From contig CAWISW010000002.1 of assembly GCA_963838925.1 (NCBI GenBank), forward strand, positions 128,001 through 192,000: DNA of 64,000 nt, given 5' to 3'. The stretch's first letter is position 1; the number at the start of each line of letters is the position of its first letter. The DNA comes from an uncultured Nitrososphaerota archaeon. GTDB taxonomy: Archaea > Thermoproteota > Nitrososphaeria > Nitrososphaerales > Gagatemarchaeaceae. This document shows, in pieces, positions 9,865-19,280 of the stretch. Both the position numbers and the translations under genes were made by a program. The notes beneath the pieces are model-generated. The model saw nothing but the letters and a program-made list of their open reading frames with translations. It searched no databases and was not told the origin of the DNA.

Positions 9865-9959
9865 GCCCCGGTAGTATAGTCCGGTCAAACTGAAACGCAG
9901 TATCGAGAGTATGCTGGCCTTTCGAGTCGGCGACGCGGGATCGAATCCCGCCCGGGGCA
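9865..9959 (+). tRNA. tRNA-Glu(TTC) with a 20-nt D-loop intron (about 9888-9907)
   Basis: Acceptor GCCCCGG/CCGGGGC, anticodon arm CTGGC-CTTTCGA-GTCGG, T arm GCGGG-ATCGAAT-CCCGC; BHB formed by CGGT/ATCG helix with CAA and AGA bulges. Confidence 0.93.
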
Positions 9960-10031
9960 CCTTTTACAATAAGCCCTTTTCTCGCTCTATTTGACTAAAT
10001 GAGGCTGAAATGAGCCGACAAGACAATTGCT

Positions 10032-11087
10032 TCAGCCGTCGCTGCGCGAGCGAACGCTCGACCGTTGATGGCGTCCGAACATGCCTTCTACCCCCGTCAA
10101 GACCGCCATCACCCTGACTCCTCCGTGCATGTTCTCCTCAACCCTGGCACCCCAGACGATTCTGACGTCAGGTCTGAGGGTGCCCGTTATTTCGTCGCTC
10201 GCGGCCATGACCTCTTCGAGTGTAACGTCTCCTCCCCCCGTCACGTGCACCAAAACTCCGTAAGACTTTGAAACGTCTCGTAGGTCCAGGAGCCTGCCGT
10301 CTATTGCGTTCTTGGCTGCGTTCCCGACTCTCCTCTTGCCGGAGGATTCTCCCACGCCTATGGCAGCCAACCCCCTTCGCTCCGTTATCGCCTTTAGGTC
10401 AGCGTAGTCTATGTTGATGAGGGACGCCGTGGTTATGGTCTCGGTGATGCCCTTCACGAACTGACACACCAATTCGTTCGCTACCCCCAAACCCTGCTCG
10501 AGAGGTAGGTCACCTGCGACCTTTGAGAGTCTGGAGTTGTCAATCACGACCACCGTGTCGCAGTACTCTCGAAGCTTGTCGAGGCTCTTTCTGGCTTTCT
10601 TGTACCTGTACCTCTCGAAGGAGAAAGGAAGCGTGACGACCCCGATCTTTAGGATACCCTCTCCTGGGAGGGCCTTTGCGAGCACGTTTATCGCACCCGT
10701 ACCGGTCCCTCCCCCCAGACCCGCGCAAAGAAGGAGTATGCTCGACCCCGCAACGGCCTCTCTGAGCTCCTTAAGGCTCTCGTAGGCAGCCTTTTCACCG
10801 ATTTCGGGATGGCCGCCTGCGCCTTGACCATGAGTGATTTTCTCGCCGATGAGAATCCTAATGTCGGCCTTCGTCACGCTCAGGTGCACCGCGTCGGTGT
10901 TCGCGGCGATGAGCTTGCAGCCCTCGATTCCTTTCTCCTTCATCCAAGAAACAATGTTGCTTCCTGCTCCACCGATGCCTACGACGCAGACCCTGGGACG
11001 TGCTGCTGCCACAGCCCCTGCCAACCTGGCAGCCTCCGACAGATCCTGGGACGAAGAATCTCGCTCGATGGTATTCGTTGGCACCAA
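10032..11087 (-). CDS. ftsZ: Cell division GTPase FtsZ, archaeal FtsZ2-like
   Basis: VGIGGAGSN, ANTD, GAGG.PEIG, GLGGGTGTG, LPFSFE, T7 loop NIDYAD; start uncertain. Confidence 0.92.
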   Translation of the reverse strand: MVPTNTIERDSSSQDLSEAARLAGAVAAARPRVCVVGIGGAGSNIVSWMKEKGIEGCKLIAANTDAVHLSVTKADIRILIGEKITHGQGAGGHPEIGEKAAYESLKELREAVAGSSILLLCAGLGGGTGTGAINVLAKALPGEGILKIGVVTLPFSFERYRYKKARKSLDKLREYCDTVVVIDNSRLSKVAGDLPLEQGLGVANELVCQFVKGITETITTASLINIDYADLKAITERRGLAAIGVGESSGKRRVGNAAKNAIDGRLLDLRDVSKSYGVLVHVTGGGDVTLEEVMAASDEITGTLRPDVRIVWGARVEENMHGGVRVMAVLTGVEGMFGRHQRSSVRSRSDG

Positions 11088-11160
11088 AGTCAGTCCTACG
11101 GCTTCTTCTCACCGTCCAGCGCGATTTAAGGCCGACTCTGAAGACTTGCAAGGAGCTCTC

Positions 11161-11316
11161 GGCTCGACGCGATTCGAACTCGAATCGACCGGCTCTAGAC
11201 TGGCACCATCGCCGCCAGGCCTCCAAAGCCGAGGGATTCGACCCAGATGGTCTAACGCCCGCCAGGGGCACATCCATAAATAAGCTTCGTTTTGCGCTCT
11301 ATTTATCAAGAGGAGG
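11161..11316 (+). repeat. tRNA-derived repeat, copy A (about 156 bp)
   Basis: Collinear with 11807-11962; its 3' part also matches the tRNA-Glu 3' end and trailer at 9946-10003. Confidence 0.75.
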
Positions 11317-11423
11317 ATGAATTACGCCATGTTTGGGGCATTGTACCCGTGGGAAAAACGCGGTTCAACGATCCCACGAATGTGATTAAATTATGGGGAG
11401 CTCGATAGCGGTCGGGTGCGGAC

Positions 11424-11783
11424 TTGGCAAGAGAACTCCTTCTTGGTGAGACGATTCTGAACAGAGGTGGAACAATGGTTGTCCCTGAGAAGGTACTTGA
11501 GGGACTGAGGCTTAAGCCGAAGCCGGGCGAGAGGTCCAAGCTACTGTGGACTCTTGAGGGAGGCGAGGTGATTGTCACCAAGGGGACGCCGCAGTCGGAT
11601 TGGAGAAAGACCATGCTCAGGAAGAATGGGACGGCGGCCGTCCCCAGGCACATTCAGCAGGCGCTGAACCTGAGAATCACCTCCAACAGCGAGGAGAAGG
11701 TGCTGTGGATACGGAAGGGGGACCAGATAGTCGTCAGGAAGGGAAAGCGCACACGAGTCCCGCGTGGACGTAACGCACTCTGA
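11424..11783 (+). CDS. Tandem AbrB/SpoVT-domain DNA-binding protein (MraZ-like architecture)
   Basis: Two internal repeats: TILNRGGTMVVPEKVLEGLRL..LLW..GGEVIVTK and TMLRKNGTAAVPRHIQQALNL..VLW..GDQIVVRK. Confidence 0.78.
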   Translation: MARELLLGETILNRGGTMVVPEKVLEGLRLKPKPGERSKLLWTLEGGEVIVTKGTPQSDWRKTMLRKNGTAAVPRHIQQALNLRITSNSEEKVLWIRKGDQIVVRKGKRTRVPRGRNAL

Positions 11784-11806
11784 CGTCAATGCAATTACGA
11801 GCCCGC

Positions 11807-11962
11807 GGGCCTGGCCGGATTCGAACACAAATCAAGTGGCCTTGAAAGGCGGTCTTGACGCTGGGCCCCGAAATGCTCAGGGATTCGAACCAGATGGTTC
11901 AACGCCCGCCCGGGCACCACTTCAAAACAAGTGCGTTCTATGCTCTATATGTCGAAAGGAGG
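11807..11962 (+). repeat. tRNA-derived repeat, copy B
   Basis: GGATTCGAAC...AGGGATTCGAACCAGATGGTTCAACGCCCGCCCGGGCACC...GCTCTATATGTCGAAAGGAGG, collinear with copy A. Confidence 0.75.
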
Positions 11963-12109
11963 CAGAAACGACCGACAGGAGGGGCGTCATGCTCGCCAGG
12001 TTGGGAGCGCCTCGTAGCGGGCCTGCGGGACCCGCCCCTGAGCGGGTTATCAAAGTGGATTCCGTTCAGCACGACTGAGTGAAGTTGGGCGCCTCTCTTC
12101 CCTCTTCCG

Positions 12110-13141
12110 TTAGGACCTCGTCGTGGTAGTCTTGTGAACCATCTCGACGATGCTCCGAAGGTTTTCTGGAGGTGTCTCCTTTAGGACACCGTGGCCAAGA
12201 CTGAAGATGTGCCCCGCCTTGCCTTCCGATTGTCGCAAAATCCTCCCGACCTCCCGCCGCATGGGTTCTCCTCCTGTCAACGCTACGGCCGGGTCGAGGT
12301 TCCCCTGAATGCCGGCGACGTTCCTTGACTTGGCCCAGGCGTCGCTCATCTCTATCCGCCAGTCGACGCTCAGGACGTCGGGACCGGTCTCAATGAACTT
12401 CTCGATGAGAGGTGCGGAGTTCGCGCAGAAATGTATCCGCGGAACCTTTCCGTCGAGTGACTGTAAAACCTCCTTTGTGTACTGGGAGACATACAACTCA
12501 TAGTCCGAGGGCGAGAGGCAGCCTACCCAGCTGTCGAAAAGCTGAATCGCATCGACCCCGTGTGAAATCTGTGATGAGAGGTATGTCTTCACCATCTTGG
12601 TGAGCACGCTCATCAGGCTGTGCCAGGTCTGAGGCTCGCCATACATCATTCTCTTTGTCCTCTCAAGGTCTCTGCTGGGCTGCCCCTCGATTATGTAACC
12701 CGCCAGAGTGAACGGCGCCCCAGAGAACCCAATCAGAGGAACCTGGTCGCCTAGCTTTTGGACGGTCGCGTCGATGCCGTCGAGAACATATCCGACGTCC
12801 TCATCTGGGTTGAGGTCCTTGAGCGAGTTGACTTCATCGGCAGTCCTGATTGGATTGGCCACAACGGGCCCAACGTTCTCTTCTATCTTGAAGCTGACCC
12901 CCATTCCTTCGAGAGGGAGCATGATGTCCGCGAAGACTATCCCCGCGTCCACGCCAAGCGCATTCACAGCGTCTACAACGGCCTGAGACGCCAGGGAAGG
13001 GTCCTTGGCCACTTCCAAGATTGACCTACCGCCCTTCAGTGCGCGGTAGCTTGGCAGGTACCTGCCCGCCTGCCTCATGAACCAGACGGGGGTGTGCGCC
13101 GGCTCCTTCCTGTTGCACGCGTCAATGAACGTCGAGTTCAT
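12110..13141 (-). CDS. hemE: Uroporphyrinogen decarboxylase
   Basis: PVWFMRQAGRYLP, FADIM, GAPFTLAGY, FSLGHG; ATG at 13141 overlaps the hemL stop. Confidence 0.95.
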   Translation of the reverse strand: MNSTFIDACNRKEPAHTPVWFMRQAGRYLPSYRALKGGRSILEVAKDPSLASQAVVDAVNALGVDAGIVFADIMLPLEGMGVSFKIEENVGPVVANPIRTADEVNSLKDLNPDEDVGYVLDGIDATVQKLGDQVPLIGFSGAPFTLAGYIIEGQPSRDLERTKRMMYGEPQTWHSLMSVLTKMVKTYLSSQISHGVDAIQLFDSWVGCLSPSDYELYVSQYTKEVLQSLDGKVPRIHFCANSAPLIEKFIETGPDVLSVDWRIEMSDAWAKSRNVAGIQGNLDPAVALTGGEPMRREVGRILRQSEGKAGHIFSLGHGVLKETPPENLRSIVEMVHKTTTTRS

Positions 13142-14463
13142 CGCATTGGTCTCCTTGCGGCGCACTCCGTGAATGCCCTCCTGCTCGCCTTGATGAATGC
13201 GTCGACGTCCGCAGGGGTGTGGGCGGTGGAAAGGAAGACGGTCTCGAATGCAGATGGAGGAAGATAGATTCCCGCTTCCAGCATTAGGCGATGGAATGTG
13301 GCGTAAAGACTCGTGTTCGAGCGCTTTGCCTCCTCGAAGTTCGTCACCTTCGTTTCGGAGAAAAAGACTCCCAGCATCGAGCCCCTCCTGTTCGTAGAGA
13401 TGGCGACACCCGCCCGGTTGGCTTCCTCTGTGAGTCCGCGCTCGAGCCGAGCCGAGGTCGCTTCCAGCCGGCCGTAGCTTCTGCCCTCCTCCATGATGGA
13501 GATGGTCGCAAGCCCGGCCGCTGTCGCCACCGGGTTCCCTGACAGCGTTCCGGCCTGATAGACCGGCCCCTCTGGCGCGACCAGCTGCATCATTTCGTCT
13601 GCCGCGCCATACGCTCCGACAGGGAATCCTCCTCCTATGACCTTCCCCAAGCAAGTGATGTCCGGTCTTACGTCGAGGAGGGCCTGCGCTCCTCCCAGAG
13701 AGAGTCTAAAGCCCGTAATCACCTCGTCGAAGATGAGCAGGGAGCCGTCGTCGGTGCAAAGCCGGCGGGCCGCCTCTAGGAAGCCGCTCTTCGGCGGGAC
13801 GACCCCCATGTTCCCCGCGACCGGCTCCAAGATGACGGCCGCGAATTCTCCTGGATGGTCGTCGAAGGCCGATTTTAGCGCGTCTGTGTCGTTGTAAGGG
13901 ATTGTGATCGTTTCGGCAGCTACGGCGGCGGGGACGCCGGCAGAGGAGGGAACATCGAGTGTCGCCAAGCCTGACCCGGCGTTGGTTAGGAACGGGTCGG
14001 AGTGCCCATGGTAGCATCCGTCGAACTTCAGCAGCATGTCACGCTTCGTGTACGCCCTCGCAAGCCTGAGTGCGGACATCGTCGCCTCGGTGCCTGAATT
14101 GACTAGCCTGACCTTCTCGACGCTCGGGACTGTTGCGCAGATTTTCTCTCCTAACCTCAACTCGTTTTCGGATGGCGCGCCGAAGCTAGTCCCCTTCCTG
14201 AGGGCCGCGGAGACGGCCCTCATGACCTTTGGGTGGGAGTGGCCTGCTATCAATGGCCCCCAAGAGCAGACATAGTCCGCGTAACTTCGGCCGTCGACGG
14301 ACCAGATACGGGACCCCTTTCCGCGCGCGATGAACACCGGGTTCCCTCCGACGGCGTTGAACGCGCGGACTGGGCTGTTCACTCCGCCCACCATGACCCT
14401 CTGAGCGCGTGCGAAAAGCGCCTCGGACCTCCTTCGCGCCTTCTCCGGAGCTTTCGTCCCCAT
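13138..14463 (-). CDS. hemL: Glutamate-1-semialdehyde 2,1-aminomutase
   Basis: GGVNSPVRAF, NSGTEAT, FDEVITGFR, LGKVIGGG, AGTLSGNP. Confidence 0.97.
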   Translation of the reverse strand: MGTKAPEKARRRSEALFARAQRVMVGGVNSPVRAFNAVGGNPVFIARGKGSRIWSVDGRSYADYVCSWGPLIAGHSHPKVMRAVSAALRKGTSFGAPSENELRLGEKICATVPSVEKVRLVNSGTEATMSALRLARAYTKRDMLLKFDGCYHGHSDPFLTNAGSGLATLDVPSSAGVPAAVAAETITIPYNDTDALKSAFDDHPGEFAAVILEPVAGNMGVVPPKSGFLEAARRLCTDDGSLLIFDEVITGFRLSLGGAQALLDVRPDITCLGKVIGGGFPVGAYGAADEMMQLVAPEGPVYQAGTLSGNPVATAAGLATISIMEEGRSYGRLEATSARLERGLTEEANRAGVAISTNRRGSMLGVFFSETKVTNFEEAKRSNTSLYATFHRLMLEAGIYLPPSAFETVFLSTAHTPADVDAFIKASRRAFTECAARRPMR

Positions 14464-14500
14464 CTCGGTGGTCGCCTTCTCGCTAACAGGACGCCGAATG

Positions 14501-15262
14501 CTAACCGAGCAGCCGGACGAGTTCTGCAGCGTCGGTCCTCACGCAAGTGAAGATGGGCGTCTCCGTTTGCGTGTACGCGCTCGCCTCAGTGCCCCTCAGT
14601 TCTTCGACCAGCGCTAAGAACTCTGCTGGGTCGTCGCCTTCAAACGCGAGAACGAACTCTTGGTCGTCCAGACCGAAGGAGTAGCCTGTGTTTATCTTGA
14701 TTTTGGGATACTTGTGCCCCACCTTGAAGTGCTCAGCCATGATCCTTTGCCGCTCTGTGAAAGGCAACCTATACCACGACCTCTTCTTGACGAACGGGTA
14801 GACGAAGAGGTACTTCGTCTGCTTCTGGTTTTGCCCATCCGCGCTTTCCGTCCCCTCCTGACCGGGGTGCTTGTGTGACCCGAGGTAGTGGGACCGCCGT
14901 GTCATTGCGAGGTAAGAGTAAGGCGTGTCGAGATACCGCCCAATGCTGGTGGCAAGGACCGCTGAGATGAGCTCCTGGAAGGATTCGAGGTTCGAAGAAT
15001 CGGCCAGCATCATGAAATCGGTGTCGCCCCTGATGCCGACTAGTGAGAAGAGCTGAAGTCTCGAGTCGGACTGTCTCGCGAGGAGGCTGGCGAGCTCATC
15101 CCTAGCGGCCTCTCTCTCGGCGTCTGGCAGGGATCTCCATCCCCTTGCGACCTTGAAGAAGGTGTACTTCAGGAACCTCGAGCCCAAGGTTGCTCTTTGA
15201 CCGGTCGCCTCGGTAGTCGGGTTCTCTTCCAACGCTGGTATCACTGCTCCTCTCTCAGCCAT
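14501..15262 (-). CDS. hemQ: Coproheme decarboxylase (chlorite dismutase family)
   Basis: YPFVKKRSWY, IMAEHFKVG (heme His), YSFGLDDQEFV; heme-cluster context. Confidence 0.85.
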   Translation of the reverse strand: MAERGAVIPALEENPTTEATGQRATLGSRFLKYTFFKVARGWRSLPDAEREAARDELASLLARQSDSRLQLFSLVGIRGDTDFMMLADSSNLESFQELISAVLATSIGRYLDTPYSYLAMTRRSHYLGSHKHPGQEGTESADGQNQKQTKYLFVYPFVKKRSWYRLPFTERQRIMAEHFKVGHKYPKIKINTGYSFGLDDQEFVLAFEGDDPAEFLALVEELRGTEASAYTQTETPIFTCVRTDAAELVRLLG

Positions 15263-16233
15263 GCCGCCAGCTGTTCAGCAAAGTACGAGATTATGATGTC
15301 CGCGCCCGCCCTCTTGATTGACAGGGTTGCTTCCATTGCCGCGCCCCTCTCGTCGAGCCACCCTTTCTCGCTTGCCGCTTTGATCATCGAGTACTCACCG
15401 CTCACGCTGTAGGCCGCTATGGGGAGGTCGTATCGCGACCGCGCCTTGCTGATGACGTCGAGGTAGGCTAGGGCGGGCTTGACCATGATGATGTCCGCGC
15501 CCTCCTTGATGTCGGTCCCAATCTCCCTCATCGCCTCTCTGGAATTACCCGGGTTCATCTGGTATCCTCTCCTGTTGCCGAAGGCGGGGGCCGATCCCGC
15601 TGCATCCCGGAAAGGCCCGTAGAAGGACGAAGCGTACTTCGCCGAGTAGCTCATTACAAGCCTGTCTTCGTAGCCCGATTCGTCCAGCGTGCTCCGGATC
15701 GCGAGCACCTGCCCGTCCATCATCGCGCTCGGGCAGACGATGTCCGCTCCAGCGCGGGCGTATTGCAACGCCGCCCTTGCTAGGAGCGGCAGAGTCTTTT
15801 CGTTGCTGACGTCCCCGTCTTCGACGACGCCGCAATGGCCGTGAGACGTGTACTCGCACAGGCATACATCAGCCGCTACAACGAGCGAATCAAAGCGGCT
15901 CTTGAGCTCCCGGATCGCTCTGGGGACGATGCCGTCGTCGGAATACGCCTCGGACCCGGACTCGTCCTTGGAGGCGGGTATACCAAAGAGGAGGACAGAC
16001 CTTATCCCCAGCTCGGCGAGTTTCCCCACGTGGTCAGACATCGTGTCCACCGAATACCGGTTGACTCCAGGCATCGCCTTCACGGGTTGGACGACATTGT
16101 GGCCTTCCTTGACGAAGACGGGGGCCATGATGTTCGAGACGTCCACACGGTTTTCGCTCACAAGCTTCCTGATGGAATCGGTTCTCCTTAGCCTGCGGAG
16201 CCGCGAATCGGCACTGCTCGGCTTCTCAAGCAT
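15241..16233 (-). CDS. hemB: Porphobilinogen synthase
   Basis: DVCLCEYTSHGHCG, YSAKYASSFYGPFRDA, MVKPA, AYSVSGEY. Confidence 0.97.
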   Translation of the reverse strand: MLEKPSSADSRLRRLRRTDSIRKLVSENRVDVSNIMAPVFVKEGHNVVQPVKAMPGVNRYSVDTMSDHVGKLAELGIRSVLLFGIPASKDESGSEAYSDDGIVPRAIRELKSRFDSLVVAADVCLCEYTSHGHCGVVEDGDVSNEKTLPLLARAALQYARAGADIVCPSAMMDGQVLAIRSTLDESGYEDRLVMSYSAKYASSFYGPFRDAAGSAPAFGNRRGYQMNPGNSREAMREIGTDIKEGADIIMVKPALAYLDVISKARSRYDLPIAAYSVSGEYSMIKAASEKGWLDERGAAMEATLSIKRAGADIIISYFAEQLAAWLREEQ

Positions 16234-17020
16234 TCGGGGTCACCATCGACAGCTCTCGCCCCACTTCTTGAAGAAGGGCTTCGAACGTGTGGGCCTTCGG
16301 CGCCACTATCCTCTCGAAACCATGCTCCATGGCAGACTTCGCGGTCACCGGCCCTATGCATCCCGCGAGCTTGCGTTTCATCACTGAGGATCCTTTCCCG
16401 CCGAGCCGCGACGTGAATCCCTCCACGGCTGAAGGACTTGCGAAGAGTATGGCATCGGCCCCTTCAAGCCCCGCAAGGGCGACGCCCCCTGAGCTGAGCG
16501 CTTCCGTCCTGTAGATTGCGTGCTCGACAACTTCGAACCCCCGGCGAGCGAGGACGTCGACCATCTTAGGGTCTCCCATGTCTGCTCGGAGAAGGAGGAC
16601 GCGCTGCCTTTCGATGTTGGTTTCTCCCAAAGGAAGCTCGGAGGCTAGCTTGCGGGTCAAGAACTCGGACGGGACGAACGCGACAGGAACGCCGGACTCG
16701 CGTAGCTCCCTTGCCGTGCCCTCGCCGACGGCGGCCACGGATGGCCTTCCGTGCCACCTTAGGTCGAGGCCGAGGAAGTCCATCCGCTCCCTGAACAAAC
16801 TCGCCCCTCTGCCCGAAGTGAAGACCAGCCAATCGAACGTGCCGATGGCCATGAGAGAAGAGTCAATCGGGCTCCAGTCCCGCGGCGGGAGGAGCTCGAG
16901 GCACTCCACCGAGATAGGCTCGAAGCCTAGAGCTCGCACCTTGGGCGCGAACTCCTCGTTGCCTTCCTTTGTCCTGGTCAACACAACCCTCTTCCTCGCC
17001 GCGTTTCCCGACGACATCAT
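16226..17020 (-). CDS. hemD: Uroporphyrinogen-III synthase
   Basis: VVLTR, DWLVFTS, AVGEGT, FASPSAV, CIGPVTA. Confidence 0.92.
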   Translation of the reverse strand: MMSSGNAARKRVVLTRTKEGNEEFAPKVRALGFEPISVECLELLPPRDWSPIDSSLMAIGTFDWLVFTSGRGASLFRERMDFLGLDLRWHGRPSVAAVGEGTARELRESGVPVAFVPSEFLTRKLASELPLGETNIERQRVLLLRADMGDPKMVDVLARRGFEVVEHAIYRTEALSSGGVALAGLEGADAILFASPSAVEGFTSRLGGKGSSVMKRKLAGCIGPVTAKSAMEHGFERIVAPKAHTFEALLQEVGRELSMVTPNA

Positions 17021-17943
17021 GAGGCAGCTCCCTTCAGTATCTTGGCTCCTCCCGCCCTAAGGAGTCCCTCTGCCAGTCTCCTGCCCAGTTCCGCACCGTC
17101 TGCGGCCGGGCCGCTGAGTTTGCTCCTTACCAAGTCCTTCCCGTCCTCGCTGGCCATCATCCCCACCGCTGTGATTGTCCCTCGGGAGACCTTCGCACAG
17201 CCCCCTATAGGCACGTTGCAGTCTCCTCCAAGAGCTCTTGAAAACGCCCTCTCGCAAGTTGATTCCACTCTGGCGGAGCCGTCCTCGATCCGTGAGAGCA
17301 ACTTGGCTGTCTCTTTGTCTTTCTCCCTCATCTCTACGGCGATGACGCCCTGACAGACGGACGGGATCATCTCGTCGACTGAGAAGACCTGGGATATGCG
17401 GCTCGCCTCGCCGATTCTCTCGAGCCCTGCAACGGCCAGGACTATTGCGTCGTATTCAGAGGCGAGCTTTCTGATCCTTGTGTCGACGTTCCCCGTCAGG
17501 TCGACGACTTCAATATCACCACGCATCCTAAGGAGCTGAGCCTTCCTCCTCAGGCTCCCCGTCCCCACCCTCGATCGTCGGGGGAGCGTAAGGAGAGTGG
17601 CACCACCTTTGGCGAGAAGCCCATCCCGCGGGTCCCCCCTGGGCGGAGTCGCCCCGATTGCCAGGCCGTCGGGAATTTCGTTGGGCAGGTCCTTCATGCT
17701 GTGGACGGCCAGGTCTATATCGCCTTCGAGAAGCCTCGACTCGATCTCACTCGTGAAGGCTCCCTTCGCTCCTCCTGACGCGACCCTGTCCGGGGCTGAC
17801 GAGTCTCCTCTCGTGCTGATGGGAACCAGCTCGAAAGTTATCTCTTTGAAACGGCCCCTCAGCATGTCAGCCACCAGCTTCGTCTGCGCTTGTGAGAGCC
17901 TGCTCGGCCTCGATCCTATCCTGACCACCCTCCGGTTGTTCAC
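17017..17943 (-). CDS. hemC: Hydroxymethylbilane synthase
   Basis: IGSRPSRL, DLAVHSMKD, GNVDTR, LGGDCNVPIG. Confidence 0.96.
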   Translation of the reverse strand: MNNRRVVRIGSRPSRLSQAQTKLVADMLRGRFKEITFELVPISTRGDSSAPDRVASGGAKGAFTSEIESRLLEGDIDLAVHSMKDLPNEIPDGLAIGATPPRGDPRDGLLAKGGATLLTLPRRSRVGTGSLRRKAQLLRMRGDIEVVDLTGNVDTRIRKLASEYDAIVLAVAGLERIGEASRISQVFSVDEMIPSVCQGVIAVEMREKDKETAKLLSRIEDGSARVESTCERAFSRALGGDCNVPIGGCAKVSRGTITAVGMMASEDGKDLVRSKLSGPAADGAELGRRLAEGLLRAGGAKILKGAAS

Positions 17944-19223
17944 GCCTTGCCGCCCCGCCCGAAGACTTGGTGGATTACGTCGAGCCTCTCTTCTTGCGGA
18001 AGTTCAGGAGTCGAGGACTTTGCGAACTTCGTCGGCGAGGCCAGCAGCTTGCTCACGAGCCTCCTGCTCATGACCTCGACCACCATCCTCTCTCTCGTCG
18101 AAAGCCCGGGCATCCTCCTGAGCGCGGCGCCGGTCTCTTCCTTCCTCATCGTCTCGGCCCACTGGTGCAGGTTGGAGAGGGCCGACGTGAGTCTGCTAGC
18201 TACAAGCCACCTTGAGAACCGCTCCGCCTCATCCAAGACGAACTCGTCCGCCCTGTCAGCACCTGCGGCTCTTGGGAGGGCAGCCGCGGCGCTAGCCAAG
18301 TCGTCGAGGTTGTAGACCGCAGTCATGCCTTTGTTTAGAGCAGGGTCGATGTTTCGGGGAAAGGCCAGGTCGAGGATGACCTGACGTTTCCTCGTGCCCA
18401 ATGAGCCTTGCTTTAGCAGATAACCCGAATGCTTCGTGGCCGAGATTATCAGGTCGCAGCGCCTCGCAACCTCCGCCATTTGTAAGCGTGTCAATCGGGT
18501 CACACCAGGGAATTGCGACGCCTTCCTTCTCGTGGCCATGTATACTCTCGAGTCCATCAGTTCTCCTGCAGCAAGCCTGATCGTCTTGCCAGAGCCTATT
18601 AGGAGCACTTTTCTCGGGCGGCTTCCGAGCTTCTCGAGGGCGAAGCTGAGGGCGAAGGCGCTCACCGACCTGCTCCCCTGAGCGGTGCCGAGGGGCTCCC
18701 TGGCTCTTCTTCCGACGCTCCCCGCTATGTCGAAGAGAGAGGAGAGGACTCCTTTCGAAGTTCGTGCGGTCCGAGCTCTTATCCCTGCCTCCCTGACCTG
18801 AGAGAGTATCTGGTCCTCTCCCAGGACCATCGAGTCCAGCCCCGATGCGACCCTGAACAGATGGATTATCGCGCCGACGTCTCTTTGGATGTAGAACGAG
18901 TCTGGGGACGTGTCAACAAACCAGGAGAAGAACGCCTTCTCGGTAATGTCAGGGTCTTTCGTGACGAAGATTAGCTCTATCCTGTTGCAGGTGACGAGTT
19001 CGGCGAACTCCGTCACACCAGGTAGATGCTTGAGCACTTCCGACCCGCTGGATCTTCTCTTGTCTATCCGCTCTCGCACGGCCAATTTTGCGGTCTTGAA
19101 CGAGGTCCCTATGATGATGATTCTTACTGACCCTTCTCGTCTCGAGCGCGCGGCTTCCTTCTCCCTCATCTCTCTGGTAGCGCGCGATGCGGAAGCGACC
19201 GGGGCGATGAGGTTTGACTTCAA
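17940..19223 (-). CDS. hemA: Glutamyl-tRNA reductase
   Basis: TCNRIE, SGLDSMVLGEDQILSQV, DLAFPRNID; true start may be up to about 30 codons downstream. Confidence 0.93.
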   Translation of the reverse strand: MKSNLIAPVASASRATREMREKEAARSRREGSVRIIIIGTSFKTAKLAVRERIDKRRSSGSEVLKHLPGVTEFAELVTCNRIELIFVTKDPDITEKAFFSWFVDTSPDSFYIQRDVGAIIHLFRVASGLDSMVLGEDQILSQVREAGIRARTARTSKGVLSSLFDIAGSVGRRAREPLGTAQGSRSVSAFALSFALEKLGSRPRKVLLIGSGKTIRLAAGELMDSRVYMATRRKASQFPGVTRLTRLQMAEVARRCDLIISATKHSGYLLKQGSLGTRKRQVILDLAFPRNIDPALNKGMTAVYNLDDLASAAAALPRAAGADRADEFVLDEAERFSRWLVASRLTSALSNLHQWAETMRKEETGAALRRMPGLSTRERMVVEVMSRRLVSKLLASPTKFAKSSTPELPQEERLDVIHQVFGRGGKA

Positions 19224-19280
19224 AAAACCGGCGCACCGAATCCGAATATCTTATTTAACGTTTGTTAGGTATTCTCATTA

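Noticed and set aside
11161-11962. Additional functional tRNA genes
   Set aside because: Only T-loop and acceptor fragments are present; I could not fold a full cloverleaf
13142-13654. 170-aa N-terminal extension of HemE
   Set aside because: It is an alternative frame overlapping hemL; the real start is ATG 13141
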